Below are positions 26,991 to 32,000 of a stretch of DNA of 32,000 nucleotides, piece by piece. The first letter of the stretch is position 1, and every line of letters starts with the position of its first letter. The position numbers and the translations under genes were made by a program. Location: contig NZ_CP080507.1 in NCBI RefSeq assembly GCF_019464535.1, positions 1,140,001-1,172,000 of the forward strand, given 5' to 3'. The notes beneath the pieces were generated by a model, which did not search any database, was not told the origin of the DNA, and saw only the letters and a program-made list of their open reading frames with translations. This DNA is from Horticoccus luteus. Its GTDB lineage: Bacteria > Verrucomicrobiota > Verrucomicrobiia > Opitutales > Opitutaceae.

Positions 26991-27512
26991 TCAGGCGCGG
27001 GTGAAAACGAAGGTGAGTGGCTGGTCGCGCGTGGAGCGGATTTCCAACACTTTCAGGGTGTGGCCGTCGGCGGAGAGGTGATACTCGTCGTAGATGTGCA
27101 CGGGCACATCTCCTTGCTGGGCTTCGAGCGTCAGCTGGCGGTCGAGCTTGAAAACGCGGTTGGGTTCGATCCACGCGCCGGTGACGTGCTGCTGTTTGTC
27201 GCCGCCAATGTAAGCGTTGTTATACCACGTATCGAGCCAGTAGGTCATCGGCGTCGTCGTGACGGTGCGGGCATCGAGTTTTGCGCGAGTGAGGTCGTCG
27301 GCTCCGCGGTCTTTGCCCCAAGTGAGATGGCGGGCAATGCTCAGGGAATCGCCGTCGAGGGTGATCGTGCGCGTGTCGGTGTCCCACGGTTTGATGGGCG
27401 AGCTCGCGGCGACGTCGAGTTTCCACGTGCCGGCAAAACCGCTCTGGGCGGCGGAGGCGCCGAGCGCTGCAAAAGTCAGCGCGGCGAAGGCGAGAAGGGA
27501 GCGAATACGCAT
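26991..27512 (-). CDS. Small secreted protein, lipocalin-like beta-barrel suspected, 173 aa
   Basis: Signal peptide MRIRSLLAFAALTFAALGASAA, followed by GTWKLD (a typical lipocalin-like-domain opening) and an alternating beta-strand pattern. Its stop lies 17 nt before the next gene's start. Confidence 0.55.
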   Translation of the reverse strand: MRIRSLLAFAALTFAALGASAAQSGFAGTWKLDVAASSPIKPWDTDTRTITLDGDSLSIARHLTWGKDRGADDLTRAKLDARTVTTTPMTYWLDTWYNNAYIGGDKQQHVTGAWIEPNRVFKLDRQLTLEAQQGDVPVHIYDEYHLSADGHTLKVLEIRSTRDQPLTFVFTRA

Positions 27513-27580
27513 AGGGGAAGAGTTGAATCGCACCTTCGCCCTCGAACGCGGTTCGTCGCAAGAATTCGTTTCATGAACGT

Positions 27581-28735
27581 TCAGCGGGTGCGGCGCGTGG
27601 CGCGTCGGGCGGGCGCACGGGGCGGAGCCGCGAGCCGCGCCTGCAGAAACGCGAGCACGGCGCCTTCCTCGGCAGTGAGTCCGCGCAGTCCGCCGCGCAA
27701 CGCCGCTTCGGTGCGCTGCTCGAGTTGTTTCACCGTCGCGCCATCGAGGTAGCTCTCCATCACAACCGGGTGGATATAACATTTGCGGCAGACGGCGGGG
27801 GTGTTGCCGAGCCGCTCAGCGACGCGCTCGATGGCGCGGACGAGATTTTTTTTCGCCTGCGCTTTCGTGTCGAAGCGCTCGAACTCGCGCAACGCGAGGG
27901 CTGCGATCACGGTGCCGGCCCAGGTGCGAAAGTCCTTCGCAGAAAAATCGTCGCCGGCGATTTCGCGGAGGTAGGCGTTGACGTCGTCGGATGCGACATC
28001 CTGCACCGCCCCGGCGTCGTCGCGATATTGAAAGAGTTCCTGGCCCGGGAGGTCCTGCGCCTGGCGGACGATTTTCGCGAGGCGTGGTTCGCGAAGGTCG
28101 ATTTGGTGTTGCCGGCCGCTTTTGCCCCGGAATTCGAAATGGATGAGGCCGCCCTTAATTTTGGCGTGGCGGTCCTGCATCGTGCTCAAGCCGAACGAGC
28201 GGTTTTCACGGGCATATTCGTCGTTGCCGATACGGATCAGGGTGGTCTCGAGCAAGCGGACCATGGCGGCGAGCACTTTGCGGCGGCCGAGGCCGGGCAG
28301 GCGAAGGTCGCGAGCGACGCGCCGGCGGATGGCGGGGAGGGCGCGACCGAAGGCGATGACGCGTTCGTATTTCGTTTCGTCGCGGACCGCGCGCCAATCG
28401 GGATGATAGCGATATTGCTTTCGCCCGCGCATGTCGCGCCCGGTGGCTTGGATGTGCCCATGCGGCGAGGCGCAAATCCATACGTCGCGCCAAGCCGGGG
28501 GAATCGCGAGGTGTTTGATGCGGGCGAGCGTGGCGGTATCGTGGATGGGGCGACCGGCGGCGTCGCGATAGGCAAAGGAGCGGCCGGCGCGACGACGGGA
28601 CAAGCCAGGGCGAGTGTCGGCGACGTAGCGCAAGCCGGCCTCGCGAGCGGCGAGGATAGCCTCGTTGGCTGGATGCGGCGGAGGCGCGCGGCGACGAGCC
28701 GGGGGCGTTGCGGGCGGGCGGATGCGACGAGCCAT
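27581..28735 (-). CDS. DNA topoisomerase IB (poxvirus-like bacterial TopIB)
   Basis: LAIPPAWRDVWI, GRDMRGRKQYRYHPDW, FEFRGKSGRQH, FSAKDFRTWAGT, and the C-terminal catalytic-tyrosine block NTPAVCRKCYIHPVV (pattern ..SYIHP). The size (384 aa) is consistent with bacterial TopIB. Confidence 0.85.
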   Translation of the reverse strand: MARRIRPPATPPARRRAPPPHPANEAILAAREAGLRYVADTRPGLSRRRAGRSFAYRDAAGRPIHDTATLARIKHLAIPPAWRDVWICASPHGHIQATGRDMRGRKQYRYHPDWRAVRDETKYERVIAFGRALPAIRRRVARDLRLPGLGRRKVLAAMVRLLETTLIRIGNDEYARENRSFGLSTMQDRHAKIKGGLIHFEFRGKSGRQHQIDLREPRLAKIVRQAQDLPGQELFQYRDDAGAVQDVASDDVNAYLREIAGDDFSAKDFRTWAGTVIAALALREFERFDTKAQAKKNLVRAIERVAERLGNTPAVCRKCYIHPVVMESYLDGATVKQLEQRTEAALRGGLRGLTAEEGAVLAFLQARLAAPPRAPARRATRRTR

Positions 28736-28915
28736 GGGATTGGCACCAGCTTACGAATTCGCCCGCATGAGCGGAAGCGGAGCGCGGCGGAAAGTCGCAT
28801 CAGGGAGACGGCGGACGAGAGACGGTGGGTTGCCCGCGCGAAGATGCAGGGTGGCCCGATGGTGGAGGCGATGCCGGCCGCGTATCGTGGCCGCGAACGT
28901 TAAACCACATTTACC

Positions 28916-29431
28916 ATGTCTACTGTCACATCACTCAAAGAACTCTTGGTTGAACAGCTCAAGGATCTCTACAGCGCCGAAACGCAGTTGGTCAAAGCGC
29001 TGCCGAAGATGGCAAAGGCCGCTACGGACGAGGATCTCAAAACGGGTTTCACCGAGCATTGGGAGCAAACCAAAACCCACGTCGAACGACTCGAGAAAGT
29101 CATGGAGCAGCTGGACGAATCGCCGAAGGGAAAAAAGTGCAAGGCGATGGAAGGGCTGATCGCGGAAGGGAAGGAAGTCCTCCAAATGGAAGGCGACCCG
29201 GCGTTGATCGACTCGGCGCTCATCGCAGCCGCGCAAAAGGTGGAGCACTACGAAATGGCGGGTTATGGCACCGTGCGCACACTGGCTGAGCGGCTGGGCG
29301 AAGATCAGATTGCCGACCTCTTGCAGACGACGCTCGATGAAGAGGGCGAGACCGACAAGCGGCTCACCCGCATCGCCGAGGAGATCGACATCGAAACGGC
29401 GGAGGACGACGACGAGGAGGACGAAGAGTAA
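28916..29431 (+). CDS. DUF892 ferritin-like protein (YciE/YciF family) with an acidic C-terminal tail
   Basis: LKELLVEQLKDLYSAETQLVKALPKMAKAA, LKTGFTEHWEQTKTHVERLE, CKAMEGLIAEG, ALIAAAQKVEHYEMAGYGT and TLDEEGETDKRLT match the YciE/F pattern. The tail is ETAEDDDEEDEE. Confidence 0.88.
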   Translation: MSTVTSLKELLVEQLKDLYSAETQLVKALPKMAKAATDEDLKTGFTEHWEQTKTHVERLEKVMEQLDESPKGKKCKAMEGLIAEGKEVLQMEGDPALIDSALIAAAQKVEHYEMAGYGTVRTLAERLGEDQIADLLQTTLDEEGETDKRLTRIAEEIDIETAEDDDEEDEE

Positions 29432-29457
29432 AGCGCATCCGCCCAGCGAGCGTGGCG

Positions 29458-29485
29458 AGCCGGGCGATACTGCCGGGCTTTTTTT
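29458..29485 (+). terminator. Probable intrinsic terminator of the DUF892 gene (imperfect GC hairpin plus T7)
   Basis: AGCCGG...CCGG(G)CT stem (29458-29479, one bulge) followed by seven T (29479-29485), 27 nt after the stop. The T-run overlaps the stop codon of the convergent AI-2E gene. Confidence 0.5.
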
Positions 29486-31760
29486 ACGCCGGCGCGGGCG
29501 GCTTGCGACTTTGCACTGCGGCGACGAGCTCCGCCGCCCGTGCGCGCAAGAGCGCTTTTTGCGCGGCCGTGATTTCCCGTGGTTTGGTATCGACGAGGCA
29601 GAGCGTGCCGACGACGTGGCCAGCCTCGGTTCGCAACGGAACGCCGGCGTAAAATCGCACTCCGCGAGCGGTGACAGCCGGATGAGCGGCGACGCGTTTA
29701 TCGGCGGATGTGTCGTCAATCACGACGAGATCATCGGTCACCGTGATAAAGTCGTTCAACGCCGACTCTATGCCCGGCTCCTGTGGGGCGTCGGCGTTTT
29801 CTTCGGAGATACCGGAGATGCCGGCCCAGAATTCGGCGTCGGCCTTGAGAAAACTGACGAGGGAAACCGGCACGTCGAACGCGTCGGCGAGGTCGCGCGT
29901 GACGAGCGCGATCACGTCGTCGGCGGCGGCTCGGGCAAGGTCCAAGGGTGCAAGTGCGGCGTCGGGAACGGATGCGGAGGTTGAATCGGCCGTGCGGCCG
30001 GCGAGGCGTTTCTCCAGTACAGCCACCGCTTCGCCGAGTGAGGTGACGAGATCCTCAACGCGCGAGGAGCGGAGGCGTTGTTTCAGCGGGCCGACCGCGG
30101 CGTCGCGCGACCACAGGCCGAGCACGATCGGCGGACGAATGCGGGCGCGCAGGAAGCGCCGGATCACGTGTTGCGCGGCGGAAAATCCGCCCGGGGGGAG
30201 GGAAGAGACAAAGACGAGGCGAGTCGGCTCTTGTTCGATGCGTTGGATGTTCTCTTCCGGTTTCGTGGTGATGGAGGCCACGTCCATTTCTATTCCGCGT
30301 TGCAGGAGCAAGTGGCGCAACATGAGCGCAACGATTTCATCGGCGTCGTCGCGGGCCGGCACGGCAAAGAGTCCCCGGGCGTCGGCGGCGAGCGGCGTAT
30401 TCGGCTCGGCTTCGGGGTTGCGCTCCAACTCGGCGATCAACTCGCGGCACTCTTCGAAGATAAACGTCTGCCGCACTTCGGCGAGGGCGCCGTGATGGCG
30501 ATCCTGTTCGGCGAGTTGAAGCGCGGGGAGGAGAATGTCGTCGTAGAATTCCAGCAGGGAGCGCTCTTCAATGTAGGTGAGCGCGATGGACTCCATTTCG
30601 TCGGCGTCCATCGCGAGCATGCGTTGATAAAAGCGCACGGGCGGAGCGAGCACGGGATCGCTGCCGAGCAAGACGCTGAGAAATTTCAGGCCGGGCACAT
30701 ATTTGCCGATGACCATGAGGCAAACGGTCATGGGGGTGGAGAGAAAGAGTCCGGCGGGGCCCCAGAGCCACGTCCAGAAAACCGCTGCAACGAGGAGCGC
30801 GACGTTGGAAATGCCCGTGCTCGCGCCGTAGAGGACGACTTCGACGACGTTGTTGCTGATCAACTCCATCACGACGAAGAGGCCGACGACGTAGATCAAT
30901 TTCATCCAGCCGGGATCGACGGCGAACGCGAGGACCACGGGAAAAATGGCGGCGATCCATGGTCCGAGGAAGGGGATGAAGCGCAGCAGAGTGGCGAGGA
31001 GGCCCCAGAGCAGGGCGTTGGGTATGCCGATGAAAAACAGCCCGAGGCCGATGGGAACGCCGTAGGTGGCGTTGACGATGAGTTGCATGCCCAAGTAGCG
31101 CGAGACGCGTTGGGCGGCATCATCGAGCGCTTGGGTCGCCATGTTCATCTGACCCGAACTGACGACGTTGAGGAAGCGGTCGCGGAGGTCTTCGCGTTGA
31201 AACAACATCGCGATCACAAAAACAATCACGATGCCGGCGGTGCCGAGCGGGCCGAGGACGGGAGCGAGGATTTCGCGCGCGACCTCCACGGCCGAACCAT
31301 CGGATTTCATGACGACGGGGACTGGGCCAGGCTCCGCGGGCGCGGTGGCTGCATCGGTCGGCACGTGTTCGGAAGGGGCTTGGAGTTGTTTGCGGACGTT
31401 TTCGACCACCCCGGACGCGCGGGAGATCGCCTCGGGCGCGTGGGGCGCCTTCATCGCCGCGATTTTGTGATGGATGTTTTGCTCGTAGTTCGGAAGTTGC
31501 CGGGCGAGGTCGAGCAATTGGGCGCCGACCAACCAGCCGACGCCGCCCAGCACCGCAAAGGCGAGCGTCACGGTGGCAATGATCGCGGCGGTCTTGGGCA
31601 ATCCCCAACGCGTGAGACGGACGACGACGGGCGTGAGAAGGAACGCGAGGAGAATGGCCATCGCGACCGGGATCATCACATCCTTGGCGAGCCGCAGGAT
31701 GGCGACCACGAGGGTGACAGTCGCGAGCGTTACGAAGCCGCGAAGCGGCACACTATCCAT
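29484..31760 (-). CDS. AI-2E (PerM/UPF0118) family permease fused to a B12-binding-like module and a C-terminal GAF domain, 758 aa
   Basis: From ATG 31760, aa 1-365 are a polytopic AI-2E core (LLRFIPFLGPWIAAIFPVVLAF, WLWGPAGLFLSTPMT). Aa ~375-585 resemble a B12-binding_2 cap plus Rossmann module (FYDDILLPALQLAEQD; GLFAVPARDDADEIVALMLRHLLLQRGIEMDV; RLVFVSSL; PIVLGLW). Aa ~605-750 are GAF-like (VRFYAGVPLRTEAGHVVGTLCLVDTKPREIT). The 66 upstream codons of the track ORF were trimmed. Confidence 0.85.
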   Translation of the reverse strand: MDSVPLRGFVTLATVTLVVAILRLAKDVMIPVAMAILLAFLLTPVVVRLTRWGLPKTAAIIATVTLAFAVLGGVGWLVGAQLLDLARQLPNYEQNIHHKIAAMKAPHAPEAISRASGVVENVRKQLQAPSEHVPTDAATAPAEPGPVPVVMKSDGSAVEVAREILAPVLGPLGTAGIVIVFVIAMLFQREDLRDRFLNVVSSGQMNMATQALDDAAQRVSRYLGMQLIVNATYGVPIGLGLFFIGIPNALLWGLLATLLRFIPFLGPWIAAIFPVVLAFAVDPGWMKLIYVVGLFVVMELISNNVVEVVLYGASTGISNVALLVAAVFWTWLWGPAGLFLSTPMTVCLMVIGKYVPGLKFLSVLLGSDPVLAPPVRFYQRMLAMDADEMESIALTYIEERSLLEFYDDILLPALQLAEQDRHHGALAEVRQTFIFEECRELIAELERNPEAEPNTPLAADARGLFAVPARDDADEIVALMLRHLLLQRGIEMDVASITTKPEENIQRIEQEPTRLVFVSSLPPGGFSAAQHVIRRFLRARIRPPIVLGLWSRDAAVGPLKQRLRSSRVEDLVTSLGEAVAVLEKRLAGRTADSTSASVPDAALAPLDLARAAADDVIALVTRDLADAFDVPVSLVSFLKADAEFWAGISGISEENADAPQEPGIESALNDFITVTDDLVVIDDTSADKRVAAHPAVTARGVRFYAGVPLRTEAGHVVGTLCLVDTKPREITAAQKALLRARAAELVAAVQSRKPPAPA

Positions 31761-32000
31761 TTTGGGTTGCACGATGTGGGGCGCAAACGAGCCGAGGAGC
31801 AGAGCATCCCGGCGGTGGGCGGCAAGTTGCTGACAGGCCGGCGGCTGTACAGTTCGGTGCGCCGGGAGCGACGACGAAAGATAGTCGGGCGGGTGCCAGG
31901 TGAGCGAATGAGGGCAGGCGACTGCCGTTCCAAGAGCGCGCCGGGGCTGTCGCGTCACGATCGATCAGCGCGGGCAATGCGCTGGCGGAACGCGCAATGC

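Noticed and set aside
28893-28899. GAACGTT upstream of the DUF892 gene, considered as an ECF/EcfG-type general-stress promoter (GGAAC-N16-17-CGTT)
   Set aside because: The GAAC and CGTT parts are adjacent rather than 16-17 nt apart. No partner element lies at the right spacing on either side.
16519-28903. Other long shadow ORFs: 16519-17388 (+), 19529-20443 (-), 19893-20966 (+), 21172-22371 (+), 22443-24248 (+), 25306-26988 (+), 27060-27752 (+), 27725-28903 (+)
   Set aside because: Each is antisense to, or out of frame with, a gene that has clear family motifs or a signal peptide. Compositions are Gly/Arg/Ala/Val-heavy, as expected from reverse-complemented GC3-rich codons.
1-32000. Search for tRNA or rRNA genes, CRISPR arrays, IS elements, integrases, phage genes, toxin-antitoxin pairs or defence-system enzyme combinations
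   Set aside because: I saw no cloverleaf-like or rRNA-like segments in the intergenic regions and no regularly spaced 25-40-nt repeats. I also found no transposase, integrase, nuclease, helicase or reverse-transcriptase motifs in any credible ORF. The window reads as core chromosome with catabolic and stress genes.

Overview
High-GC (about two-thirds G+C by eye) chromosomal segment. The gene content fits a PVC-superphylum bacterium, possibly Verrucomicrobiota/Opitutales-like; this is a guess from content, not a database hit. I support 22 protein-coding genes. Housekeeping: lpxB (3' part), secA, lnt. Signalling: a large CHASE/PAS hybrid histidine kinase. Unknown function: a DUF1800/DUF1501 pair. 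Glycan or rhamnose theme: P. stutzeri-type L-rhamnose isomerase, a BNR/Asp-box propeller, a GH78-like rhamnosidase followed by an AraA-family isomerase, and a GxGYxYP-like secreted protein. Stress-type genes: DUF421, YjdJ-like GNAT, YhxC/YghA-like SDR, bacterial topoisomerase IB, and DUF892 (YciE/F-like). There is also an AI-2E permease with an unusual cytoplasmic extension. I recognised no rRNA, tRNA, CRISPR array, transposase or integrase. Most long antisense or alternative-frame ORFs in the track are Arg/Pro/Gly-rich high-GC artefacts. I did not find a convincing multi-gene novel system, such as a defence-like enzyme combination. The points most worth follow-up are: (1) the AI-2E permease fused to a His-less B12-binding-like module plus GAF; (2) an orphan 200-aa protein at 15960-16562; (3) a host-attachment (baeRF1-like) gene; (4) a patchily distributed TopIB bracketed by imperfect direct repeats; (5) several short cis-motifs shared between intergenic regions; (6) promoter-like elements that sit directly against start codons, suggesting leaderless mRNAs. 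All functional calls rest on by-eye motif recognition and need database or structure confirmation.
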